Source: a virus (lineage: Duplodnaviria > Caudoviricetes). Taken from it: a DNA stretch of 64,000 nt. The stretch lies in IMG/VR virus record IMGVR_UViG_3300028610_002065, positions 1 to 64,000 of that record; one strand, written 5' to 3'. Under the pieces are notes generated by a model that saw only the letters and a list, made by a program, of their open reading frames with translations, made no database searches and was not told the origin of the DNA. Shown piece by piece: positions 48,690 through 57,908 of this stretch. How positions within the stretch are numbered: position 1 is the first letter of the stretch; each line of letters opens with the position of its first letter. A program made the position numbers and the translations under genes.

Positions 48690-48865
48690 GGCTTTCTCCT
48701 CTTCTTCATATCGTAGCACCACTCTCGTTCATTTGATTTATCGGGCAAAGTCTGTGAAGTGTAAGTCATCTTTTCAGGATTCTTTGTACAACTATGACTC
48801 ACTCTGCTATACTTCCAATATCTACATTCGGGGCAGTTCTTTCTTTGTCGTTTTTGCTTTTTCAT
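48686..48865 (-). CDS. Unlisted 59-aa Cys4 microprotein
   Basis: MKKQKRQRKNCPECRYW...SCTKNP...WCYDMKKRRKP*; starts right after the MTase stop and ends in an ATGA overlap. Confidence 0.55.
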   Translation of the reverse strand: MKKQKRQRKNCPECRYWKYSRVSHSCTKNPEKMTYTSQTLPDKSNEREWCYDMKKRRKP

Positions 48866-50371
48866 TCAAAACCTCATTATATCTTCGGGAAGTTGATATT
48901 GAATTTGATTGTCAATTAGATTTTCAAATGTTAAAATTTGAACTCTATCAATAGAACCAAATCTTCCTTGCTCTTTTGCTTCTTTTATAATTCCTTTTGT
49001 TAAAGTATCTTCAAATGTAATATAGACTCCGATATCTCCAGTTCCTTTCATCACCTCTAAACAAAATGCTTTGAAATGATTTTTGTTTGCCGAAGATGTA
49101 ATTTGAACTATACCTTTTCTGGTTTCTTCTTGGTATGTAAATGAAAAACGACCATCAATTGAATTATCTGCTACCTGTTTTTCATTTCCAGTAACTTGAT
49201 CAAGATACCATTTTATTGTTATCTCCTCAAGAGCAAACTTACTATTTTTTTGCTTTCCGAATATATTTTGATCAACTAGTTCTCTTAGTTCTTTTGAAGA
49301 TTTTGGAATCCCCATAATATAATAATCTTTTTTTGTGATTAATTTTAATTTTTCAAATCTCTCTTTTGTTAATTGAATAGCTCTGTGATTTATATCTATA
49401 CACACGAATCTTCTTTTTAGTTTAATTGCAGATGCAGGAGTTGTACCACCACCATTGAAAAAATCGGCAACTAGATCATTTTCATTAGTTGAGGTTTGAA
49501 TTATTCTTTCTAGCAATCCTTCTGGTTTTTGCGTTGGATAACCGATTCTCTCTTTACCACTTCCAGGAACAGGATCAACATCAGTCCATATGTCAGTCAT
49601 AGCAAGACCACCTATATGATTTTGAAGGAAAACTTTAATTGACGGTTTTTTACCTCCTCTTGTTGGAAGTTTAGCATGACCTGCATTTAACAATCTTTGT
49701 AATTTTTCCTTACCGATAGAACTGGCTGTGTTCCAGTGATATGGTCCCATTCCGTCATTATCATCGTGTGGAAATCTCCATTTAACTTCATAATCTGTAA
49801 ATGGATTGATGGGTTTATTGAATTTATAATTCTTTGTTTTTGTATACCATAAAATTACATCATGATTTTTAGCTAAATACTTTGACCTTGCTTTACTACT
49901 AGCAGTATGTAAACATCTTTGCCATATTATCTCATTCCCGAAGTTACTAAATCCAAAAATTCTATCAAGAATAATTTTGATGTAATGACTTGTCGTTGGA
50001 TCACAGTGATGATATAAAGATCCAGTATCTTTTATCATCTTGTGTATATACCAATATATTATACCCATTATTGTAGTATATGCTCTTAAAGAATCGTTTG
50101 GTAATAAATTTTGAAAAGTTTTAAGAAAGTCATAAAATGAAGGATCATTGCTTTTGAAGTCTTCAAGAAGATCAAAGTATTTTATAGTTGACCAGGTATC
50201 TTTAAATGCTTCTTCAGTTATATTTGTTTCTGGGTCGAATAAAATATTATAATTTCTATTACTATTAAATGGAGGGTCATTATAGACAAGATCGATAAAC
50301 TTTCGTTTTCCTTCATAATACCATTTTTTTAGAATATCTAATGAGTCACCTAAAATTAATTGATTAACCAT
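48866..50371 (-). CDS. N6A/N4C DNA methyltransferase (beta class) with degenerate Mrr-like C-terminal domain
   Basis: YNDPPF (motif IV), YPTQKP, VADFFNGGGTT (motif I). Confidence 0.9.
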   Translation of the reverse strand: MVNQLILGDSLDILKKWYYEGKRKFIDLVYNDPPFNSNRNYNILFDPETNITEEAFKDTWSTIKYFDLLEDFKSNDPSFYDFLKTFQNLLPNDSLRAYTTIMGIIYWYIHKMIKDTGSLYHHCDPTTSHYIKIILDRIFGFSNFGNEIIWQRCLHTASSKARSKYLAKNHDVILWYTKTKNYKFNKPINPFTDYEVKWRFPHDDNDGMGPYHWNTASSIGKEKLQRLLNAGHAKLPTRGGKKPSIKVFLQNHIGGLAMTDIWTDVDPVPGSGKERIGYPTQKPEGLLERIIQTSTNENDLVADFFNGGGTTPASAIKLKRRFVCIDINHRAIQLTKERFEKLKLITKKDYYIMGIPKSSKELRELVDQNIFGKQKNSKFALEEITIKWYLDQVTGNEKQVADNSIDGRFSFTYQEETRKGIVQITSSANKNHFKAFCLEVMKGTGDIGVYITFEDTLTKGIIKEAKEQGRFGSIDRVQILTFENLIDNQIQYQLPEDIMRF

Positions 50372-50373
50372 TT

Positions 50374-50709
50374 TTAACCTCCTGCTTGTGACCTCAACTC
50401 CTCTAATTTTTCTAAATTAGTATCTGGGTCTTCTATAAAAAGTATTGCTGTGTCTGTGTTCACATCTTCATCTTTCATATTGACATTCCAACCAATTGTT
50501 TTAACAACCTTTATTACGATTGCAACATCTTCTTCCATTCCATCAACCCATTCATTTAAAGTCAAGATTTTGTTTTCAAGATTAACACTATATCTTGCAG
50601 ATGAGGTCATCCAAAAATTGTTGTGACCAATTGCTTTAAGAGCTCTGATAGTCCAATCTTGTTCATATTTATTTACTTTATAATCTGTTTTAAAATCTTC
50701 AATTTTCAT
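50374..50709 (-). CDS. Hypothetical protein
   Basis: In operon. Confidence 0.5.
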   Translation of the reverse strand: MKIEDFKTDYKVNKYEQDWTIRALKAIGHNNFWMTSSARYSVNLENKILTLNEWVDGMEEDVAIVIKVVKTIGWNVNMKDEDVNTDTAILFIEDPDTNLEKLEELRSQAGG

Positions 50710-52496
50710 TATGTCACTAATTTCCTTTTTTCAGTCGCACTAGAAAACAACTTCACAAGAGAATCAATGTTGTCACTATAAGCAACATTTATTAAATTTC
50801 GTGTGGGTTCATCTAATAAACATATTTTCAACTGTCCGGGATTCATTTCCCCGAGTCCCTTATAGCGCTGAATAGTTCGATCCTTTTCTCTTGCTTTCTC
50901 TAGTTCTTTTTCACTCCACAATGGTTTGAAGTTACGACCTTCATTGATTGCAAACAGTGGTGTCTGAGCGACAAAATAATGCCCGCTCTTAATAATATCA
51001 GGAAGTAATATTGCTATAACCATTGTAACCAAACAAGCAATATGCGATCCATCTGGGTCGGCATCTGTTGCGCATATGATTTTGGAATATCGAATGTTAG
51101 CCAAGTTAAACTCTGGCCCGATTCCTGTGCCGATTGCTCGAATTAGCTCGCCGACTTCTTTGTTCTCAAGTACACTTTTTTTAGTTGTAATATTCGGAAT
51201 ACTTTTTCCTTTCAGTGGCAAAATTGCATGTATCCGTGGATCTCTTGATTGAATAATTGAACCGCCTGCTGACTCTCCTTCGACTATATAGAGTTCACCC
51301 CCTCGAGTTGTACAGTCTCTCAATTTTGTGAACTTAGTTGCAGCACGCCTTGTCGATGTGCCATTTGTTTTGATCTTTTTTGAATCTAACTTTGCTCGAT
51401 ACTCTTGAAAGGTTTCCATCAATTCTATGAAATAATCTTCACGCTCTTGAAAATGATGATCAAGTTGAATTTTAAATGCTGATATAAACCGATCAAAATA
51501 TGTTTTTACATTTATAAGTTTGTCTTTTGTTTGAGCTGAGAATTTTGGTTCTATAAGACTGAGCATAAAATAAACTCTTAATCTATACAGAACATCATTT
51601 GGTTGAAATTTATATCCAAGCTTCTTAGCTTTTTGCATGAAGAAATCTTTTATCAAATCATAAAAGAAATTAACATGTGTTCCGCCATTATCAACTGGTA
51701 ATAAGTTAACAGAAGAAATGATTCTTGGACTTATTGGCCCTTCATTCTCATAGGCAAAGATAGCTGTAAATTTTTCGGGAATTTTCTGTGAAGATAAAAC
51801 TCTTGCTATAACTTTTTCTTTACTTGTTAAGCAATTCATAGAAAAATGTTCAGCTTCACTTAATTGAAATATTTCTTTCTTCCCATCAATTATCAAAACA
51901 AACTTAATATCATTTGGCATCTCAGCAGACGCCGTGGTTAGTCTTCTCCTTATCCTTTCTATGTCTGGAGATAATGTCTCAAAGTATTTCTTATCTGGTT
52001 TAAATTCAATTTTTGTTGAGAATGGCATTGCCAGTGTATCTTTTCCATTCTTTTCAACAACTGATTTCTTTAACTTTGCTTTAATAAATTCATATTTCGC
52101 ATGATGATCATTCCGATATACTTCAACTGTGTAGTATGTACTGAGAGCATTAACAGCTACCAGACCAACCCCATGAAGACCTGAACTGATCTGATAGGCT
52201 GTTTTTTTATCTTGAAATTTTGCTCCAGAAAATAGTTTGGATGAGACAATGATAGGGGTATCGTCCGAAAGTGGGATACCCCTACCATTATCTAAAACGG
52301 AGAAGACGTTAGTTTTTGTGTCAATAATGACAGCGACAATTTTTGCATACCCAGCGAGAGCTTCATCCAAAGCATTGTCAAGAGCTTCCTCTATCAAATG
52401 AACTGGATTGCTTGTTTCCCCAACATACATGCCAGGGTTTAATTGAATATGCTCAACTTCCTTCAAAACTCTAACGTCTTTGGCCGTATATACCAT
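50709..52496 (-). CDS. Type IIA topoisomerase subunit B (GyrB/ParE-like)
   Basis: EHIQLNPGMYVG, DNALDE, DNGRGIP, GLHGVG, VEGESA, PLKGK, TDADPDG, RYKGLGEM. Confidence 0.95.
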   Translation of the reverse strand: MVYTAKDVRVLKEVEHIQLNPGMYVGETSNPVHLIEEALDNALDEALAGYAKIVAVIIDTKTNVFSVLDNGRGIPLSDDTPIIVSSKLFSGAKFQDKKTAYQISSGLHGVGLVAVNALSTYYTVEVYRNDHHAKYEFIKAKLKKSVVEKNGKDTLAMPFSTKIEFKPDKKYFETLSPDIERIRRRLTTASAEMPNDIKFVLIIDGKKEIFQLSEAEHFSMNCLTSKEKVIARVLSSQKIPEKFTAIFAYENEGPISPRIISSVNLLPVDNGGTHVNFFYDLIKDFFMQKAKKLGYKFQPNDVLYRLRVYFMLSLIEPKFSAQTKDKLINVKTYFDRFISAFKIQLDHHFQEREDYFIELMETFQEYRAKLDSKKIKTNGTSTRRAATKFTKLRDCTTRGGELYIVEGESAGGSIIQSRDPRIHAILPLKGKSIPNITTKKSVLENKEVGELIRAIGTGIGPEFNLANIRYSKIICATDADPDGSHIACLVTMVIAILLPDIIKSGHYFVAQTPLFAINEGRNFKPLWSEKELEKAREKDRTIQRYKGLGEMNPGQLKICLLDEPTRNLINVAYSDNIDSLVKLFSSATEKRKLVT

Positions 52497-52507
52497 ATGC
52501 TCCTCCG

Positions 52508-53752
52508 TTAATCAATCCATACAACGGGTCCTGTTTTATTCAAAGACTTAGCTGAAGATCCTGGTCCTAAAATCCAGATGATCTTCTTTGGTAATGCTCG
52601 TCTTGGAATTGCATTAATATCTTCAGTATACCCGTCTGTGAAAGCAAGGCAAACATCACATCCCAATTCTCTTGCTCTTTCAAGACCTGGTCTGAGAGTT
52701 GTTCCTCCTCTTCCTTTAATATTGAATTGGATATCTCTTATTTTCTTGACTTGATACTCTTTCTCCACAACAGCATCACATTCAAGAACAGTTGTATAAC
52801 AATAGCGGTCTTTTTCAATAATGTTCTTCACTCCAGAAAGACCTTCTAATATTGCTGCATTAGACATACTACCTGAAGTGTCAATCAAGACTGCAATATC
52901 AAAAGTTCTATCTCTCATCTTTCCTGGAAATGGAGAGATTTTGGGAATAACTTTCCCTCCAAGTTTGAAGACATAGACTCGCTTTCGGTTGATTCTTGTT
53001 GGACTTCTTTTATATTTACTGTATCGAGTTCCTTTAATCCACTTTTGGATAATTTGATAATACGGAGCTTTTGGTGGAGAAAGCGCTCCTTGGATCAAGT
53101 CAGCAATATGAGATGGTAGAGTTCCTCTTTCTCTGTTGAAAGTTTTAACGGACTCTCTAATAATATCCTGAATGTGATGATCCAATTTTCTAGCTAAGGA
53201 ACTTAAATCAGAAACTCCTTTCATATTTGACCAACCTTCATGCCCTCCAATCATTGGCACCTCTACGTTTACAACCTTATTCCGTAGTAACCAATAGAAG
53301 TATTTTTCTGTCAATTCATTGTCAGGCATACCCCAGTTTCCGGGGAGTTGTGGAGGCCACGGTTTTCCGTCGATAATTACTGGTTCTAATAACTTCATTT
53401 GCTGATTAGCTGCGCAATCAGAAGCAACATTCCAGACTTTAATCTTCAATGCTTTTCTACTTCTTTCAGTTTCATTCGATAGTATTCTTATAAGTCTGGG
53501 TATGTGCTTATTCAATAGATGCATTCCTTCATGCTCGATAACTTTTGTGAGATTTTCATCATCAGTGCCGTTCATCAAGGTTGGTTCATAAGCGAGAGTT
53601 AATGTACCATCATTCTCTGCCATAACTCCCATTATTGAACCGAACCCTGTCATTGGTCGACGTCTGATTCTTGAAAACAAATAACCCCAATAGTTATACT
53701 TGAGCACGAATTTAGCAACCAGGTGTCTTAATCTTTCTCCCTGGTTTTTCAT
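52508..53752 (-). CDS. DUF2201-type HExxH metallopeptidase + vWA protein
   Basis: EHEGMHLL, WNVASDCAAN, IDTSGSM, GRGGT, FTDG. Confidence 0.88.
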   Translation of the reverse strand: MKNQGERLRHLVAKFVLKYNYWGYLFSRIRRRPMTGFGSIMGVMAENDGTLTLAYEPTLMNGTDDENLTKVIEHEGMHLLNKHIPRLIRILSNETERSRKALKIKVWNVASDCAANQQMKLLEPVIIDGKPWPPQLPGNWGMPDNELTEKYFYWLLRNKVVNVEVPMIGGHEGWSNMKGVSDLSSLARKLDHHIQDIIRESVKTFNRERGTLPSHIADLIQGALSPPKAPYYQIIQKWIKGTRYSKYKRSPTRINRKRVYVFKLGGKVIPKISPFPGKMRDRTFDIAVLIDTSGSMSNAAILEGLSGVKNIIEKDRYCYTTVLECDAVVEKEYQVKKIRDIQFNIKGRGGTTLRPGLERARELGCDVCLAFTDGYTEDINAIPRRALPKKIIWILGPGSSAKSLNKTGPVVWID

Positions 53753-55029
53753 TTAACTTTTCCCTCTCCGGCAGCGACAATGGGATCATAGAACTTCTTC
53801 TTATATGTGCGATCCTTATCCATCATTGCTAAATGAAGAGTTGTCATATACTTGAACTGGGGACTGAGTCTATCAAACCCATCAATCTGCGAGATAAATA
53901 ATGCCGCTGTATCAATTGGCATCATGAGCAAAAAGTCAAGACAATTCTGTAGTTTCCATGAATCTTTTTCAAATGGAGGCATAGATGTGCCCAGATATGT
54001 ACAGAAACCAACCATAAGTTCGCTGAGCTTTGAAGCGTCATTTTCTTTGACTAATTTCACAATCTTGTCCTTTACAGATTCGAAACTGTGAAACACATCC
54101 ATTGGACGGATATGCTTTTTATCTCTGGCGAACTCAAGGAAGATTTTGGTCATATTGACATTGAGAAGACCGGAACCCTTGAGTTCAATTTCATCAAAGT
54201 CAATACTTCCACGAGCTATTTCCATCTTCCATAAATGATCAGATAGTTTTTCATAGCTAGCTGGGTTGGCATATACTGCGCCGATTTTTTGGGATTCAAA
54301 GTCGTACAGATACTCAGGAAATGTTTGGATGAACTCAATAATGAGGGGATGGAAATCTTGCTTTATAGCATATGTGAGAAAATCGTGTGCATTGACTTCC
54401 ACATAGAGATGTAATTGCCTTCGAAGACCTGCTGCATCTTCTAGGTTGTCCATCGAATACTCTGAGTCATCCGGATTGTCAATTGAAAATACAAACCACC
54501 CTTTTGGGAAAGGGAGCGTGTGAACTGTATATTCATTCTGAATCTGCCACAGCAGTTGTTGGAGTTGATGGTCGCCACGTGAAAATTCATCAATCACGAA
54601 GATTCCATATGTTCCTTTGACCTTTGGAACAAAGTCAGAATAAAGCATTCTGAAATCACTAAACCCATGTTTATCTTCAACTGGGAAGGGAATAATGAAG
54701 TCATCCCTTGAAAGAACCGGAGATTTAATCATCATTAATTCAAACTCTTTCTGATTCTTTCCTTTGTTCTTTTCATTATAAGCGGCAAAAATCTCCTCTG
54801 TCAATTCTTTGGCAATCTGAAAACAGATTTGAGTTTTTCCTACGCCGGCTGGCCCAATGATATGGTAACATTGTTTGTCAACGTCTCTGCCTTTATTCCA
54901 GGCAATAATGGTATCTTTTATATCGTTTTTAAGTATCTCTTTAATCCCACCGATAGAAGTAACTGCAATATTCAGTCGCTCCTGGTACTTTAATTCCGCC
55001 TCTTGTTTCGCTGTATCATCATCTGGCAT
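53749..55029 (-). CDS. MoxR-like AAA+ ATPase
   Basis: GPAGVGKT, IDEFSR, DNP, LRRQ; adjacent vWA partner. Confidence 0.85.
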   Translation of the reverse strand: MPDDDTAKQEAELKYQERLNIAVTSIGGIKEILKNDIKDTIIAWNKGRDVDKQCYHIIGPAGVGKTQICFQIAKELTEEIFAAYNEKNKGKNQKEFELMMIKSPVLSRDDFIIPFPVEDKHGFSDFRMLYSDFVPKVKGTYGIFVIDEFSRGDHQLQQLLWQIQNEYTVHTLPFPKGWFVFSIDNPDDSEYSMDNLEDAAGLRRQLHLYVEVNAHDFLTYAIKQDFHPLIIEFIQTFPEYLYDFESQKIGAVYANPASYEKLSDHLWKMEIARGSIDFDEIELKGSGLLNVNMTKIFLEFARDKKHIRPMDVFHSFESVKDKIVKLVKENDASKLSELMVGFCTYLGTSMPPFEKDSWKLQNCLDFLLMMPIDTAALFISQIDGFDRLSPQFKYMTTLHLAMMDKDRTYKKKFYDPIVAAGEGKVK

Positions 55030-55050
55030 TGGGACTCTCCTTTCAATTGG

Positions 55051-56001
55051 TTAGAATTGTATATCATCAAAACTAAAAGTTTTTGCCTCTTCTGGTTTAT
55101 CTTCTGATGGAGCAGATTCTTTTGATTGCTCATCGCTTTCCATTGACATAACACCCTCTGGCGGTTTGGTTGGTTGTTCTTCACCATATCCAGAAACAGA
55201 TTCTTGCTTACGTTTTGACCAATCAAATTTTTCATTGAATTGACCAACTGTTTCTTTTGACAACTTGAGGATTTTAACTACAGCAGTTTTTACAATCTCT
55301 GGTCCTCGTTCTAATTCAAAAATGTTGACCATGTTTCCATATGAAGATTCTTCTTCACCTTTGGTAATCCTTGTAACAAATCTCTTGTTGTTGACAACTG
55401 ATTTTTCAAACTGTTTGCTTTGATCTGTAACTGGCTCAAATATTGGAGATAAATCTTCTTCATTGTAAAGATCGTTAAGGTAGTCAGAAACATTACTATA
55501 TCTCATTCCTTTTCCTCTAAGAAAGACAAAGACTGGTTTCTTCTCATCTGTCAGAATAGGGGAACCATTTGATTTACAATAGATTCCAGCAACGAGTATT
55601 TGTGCTCGACAAGAATTGCAAAAATCATTTGCTGCTCTTTCTGCTGAAGTTATGGGACATGGACGAGGACTTCCATCCTGAAGTTTTGTCGTTCCATGGA
55701 ATGTGCCTTCTTTATATGAGAAACATTCAGTGACTTCACCTTTTCCCTTTTGCGATTTGATCTTTGCGAGAATATCTTTTGTATGAGTAATTACAAGATT
55801 GACTTCATCTAAATTATACTCAACGCCACGAACCTGTAGTTTGCCAGACTTCTCTTTTATTCCAAGATGATTGTCTCGAGATTTTCCTGAGACATAAACG
55901 CTATGGAAAAATTCATCTTCTGGAGGAACTTGCTCTCCTCCCGTTCCACCTTGATAACCTGTTCCCGACAAATCTTCATAATCTTCAAAATTTTCAGCCA
56001 T
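55051..56001 (-). CDS. Putative single-stranded DNA-binding protein
   Basis: Beta-rich core, CxxC, acidic tail ending FSFDDIQF. Confidence 0.55.
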   Translation of the reverse strand: MAENFEDYEDLSGTGYQGGTGGEQVPPEDEFFHSVYVSGKSRDNHLGIKEKSGKLQVRGVEYNLDEVNLVITHTKDILAKIKSQKGKGEVTECFSYKEGTFHGTTKLQDGSPRPCPITSAERAANDFCNSCRAQILVAGIYCKSNGSPILTDEKKPVFVFLRGKGMRYSNVSDYLNDLYNEEDLSPIFEPVTDQSKQFEKSVVNNKRFVTRITKGEEESSYGNMVNIFELERGPEIVKTAVVKILKLSKETVGQFNEKFDWSKRKQESVSGYGEEQPTKPPEGVMSMESDEQSKESAPSEDKPEEAKTFSFDDIQF

Positions 56002-56018
56002 GTGTAAATGACCTCCTG

Positions 56019-56594
56019 TTATTTATTTGGGACTAAACACCAATTTTGTGCATTACGATCATCTGGTATTGATACCAGAGAAAACTCATGATTGAACCAG
56101 CATTTCATATACTGCTCCATAAGCTCACTTGAAATGAACTCGCATATCTTATTGTAATTTGGTAATTCAGTCAGCTCCGGATCTTCTATAGTAATCGGAT
56201 TAATCTTTCTAACTTTTGAATCAGTAATTTCTCCTGTGATGAGTTTCGGATGTGGGCAGTAAACGATTACTAGTTTACTTCCAACCATTCGATAAATCTC
56301 ATTCTGATAAAAATATGAATTTGTATCTAAATCAAAAGCGACATTTTTTCCTGTAAGTACTCTATTGATAGATGTATGTTGCCTACATAGAATACCATCA
56401 GGTTCCTTCTCTTTGCAGATTTCACAATCAGAATGATCTATTGAATAATTCATTCTAATTTCAAATGTCGGTTCTGCTGCTTTCGAGAAGTAACCCAAGA
56501 TTCTTTTTTTATTCAATAGAAACTTACCAATAGTAATTGGGTAAACATCGCATCCAAGTTTGTCAATAAACTTTTCAATTGAAATTTGCTTCAT
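56019..56594 (-). CDS. Hypothetical protein with CxxC...CxxH
   Basis: SD GAGGAG before ATG 56594; CEIC...CRQH. Confidence 0.55.
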   Translation of the reverse strand: MKQISIEKFIDKLGCDVYPITIGKFLLNKKRILGYFSKAAEPTFEIRMNYSIDHSDCEICKEKEPDGILCRQHTSINRVLTGKNVAFDLDTNSYFYQNEIYRMVGSKLVIVYCPHPKLITGEITDSKVRKINPITIEDPELTELPNYNKICEFISSELMEQYMKCWFNHEFSLVSIPDDRNAQNWCLVPNK

Positions 56595-56614
56595 GTGTAT
56601 CAACTCCTCTTTTT

Positions 56615-56680
56615 TAAAAATAAGAACAAAAACCGTGAGGGGCGAAACACTGGATGCCTCTGCCACATGCACACGGCTTG
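56615..56680 (-). terminator. Possible terminator/structured element
   Basis: GCCGTG...CACGGT stem followed by TTTTGTTCTTATTTTT. Confidence 0.35.
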
Positions 56681-56768
56681 GTTATATTCCATAAGAATAA
56701 AACCATTGCCGTAGTCACATGTGACAGAGCCTCGATTTTTACCTGTAGATTTGCTCGATATGAAATCA

Positions 56769-56930
56769 TTAATTTTCATCTTTAATCTCATATTTATCTC
56801 TGAGCTTTTTTGGTACCTTTATCCTACATAAGTTAGCAACTCGAATGAGCATTTCAGGAGTCGTATTTCTGAGAAATTCCTCGATCCTTCTCCTTAGCTT
56901 ACGCATCATTAATTCATTCTGCTCAGTCAT
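56769..56930 (-). CDS. Small hypothetical protein
   Basis: MTEQNELMM...; in operon (listed ORF 56769-56975). Confidence 0.45.
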   Translation of the reverse strand: MTEQNELMMRKLRRRIEEFLRNTTPEMLIRVANLCRIKVPKKLRDKYEIKDEN

Positions 56931-56940
56931 GAAAGTCTCC

Positions 56941-57903
56941 TCAAAGCACAAGGGAGAGATAGACAGGAGTTTCATCTTCTTGTATCATATCTCCCCCACC
57001 ACCTGAATCTGTTCGGAGAAGATTAGTTTTTAAAGACCCAGTTTGTCCCAACTCTTGTGAACTAATTTGAATGTCTTTCAATAAAGGAAGAATCTCAGTT
57101 TGAATATGGTCTGAAAATTCGCTTAATATTTTTTCGACTTCATCAGGATCAGCTTCCTTTGGGAATTTTGGCAGGACCAGCGCTGATGGACGAATTTTTC
57201 CTAACATTTTTAAACGAATCATCTCTGCTCCATAGCATCCACGAATCAGATATTTCCAATATGCTTCCCAATGTTGAGGAGATGGCATAATTTCAACACC
57301 AACCGGAACTCCAGCAAACATGATTATAGCACCAATCTGATTTTCGACTGGTTCGAAAGCTGCTGCAAAGTTTTCAAGAGATTTCTTGATTGATGGTTCA
57401 TCATAAAAGTCTCTGATGTGAGCTCGACTGGTACTTCCTGGGACAATACCCCTTAACCAGATGCTGATTCTATCCCATATTTTATCGTATTTTCTTCTCG
57501 ATCTGATGGTTGGATCAAGCAATGCCTTTCTCAATTCAATTGGCAGAATATCTTCATCATTATCACTTTCACGAAGAAGACCACCTTGACTTGATTCAAC
57601 ACAGCAGGCATTATCAAACTGGGACTGACTGCGGCTGGCAACAACACCAGAACCTGACATTGCATGATCTTGTGCACTTTTTCCACGAACCATATAGTTG
57701 GCCGGAACAATAGCTGGACGGGATTGATCCTTATTTTCAAATACCATTGTTCCATAACCTGCAGTTCGGGAGAAAGTTAAGTTTTCAGGATCAGCGATAT
57801 CTCCTCTCGAAGGACCAACAATTGGAACAACTGTCATTTCATCCTCTGATTGAATTGGACCAACCCCAAGATTTGAAAATCCTAACGTTTCAAAAATCGA
57901 CAT
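56941..57903 (-). CDS. ARPP-1/DUF6569-like protein
   Basis: AQDHAM, CVESSQGG, FEPVENQIGAII..AGVPVGVEI.PS..W. Confidence 0.6.
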   Translation of the reverse strand: MSIFETLGFSNLGVGPIQSEDEMTVVPIVGPSRGDIADPENLTFSRTAGYGTMVFENKDQSRPAIVPANYMVRGKSAQDHAMSGSGVVASRSQSQFDNACCVESSQGGLLRESDNDEDILPIELRKALLDPTIRSRRKYDKIWDRISIWLRGIVPGSTSRAHIRDFYDEPSIKKSLENFAAAFEPVENQIGAIIMFAGVPVGVEIMPSPQHWEAYWKYLIRGCYGAEMIRLKMLGKIRPSALVLPKFPKEADPDEVEKILSEFSDHIQTEILPLLKDIQISSQELGQTGSLKTNLLRTDSGGGGDMIQEDETPVYLSLVL

Positions 57904-57908
57904 CTGTT

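Noticed and set aside
50374-50709. Seventh member of the FVTNSS family (MKIEDFKTD)
   Set aside because: Lacks VTNSS.
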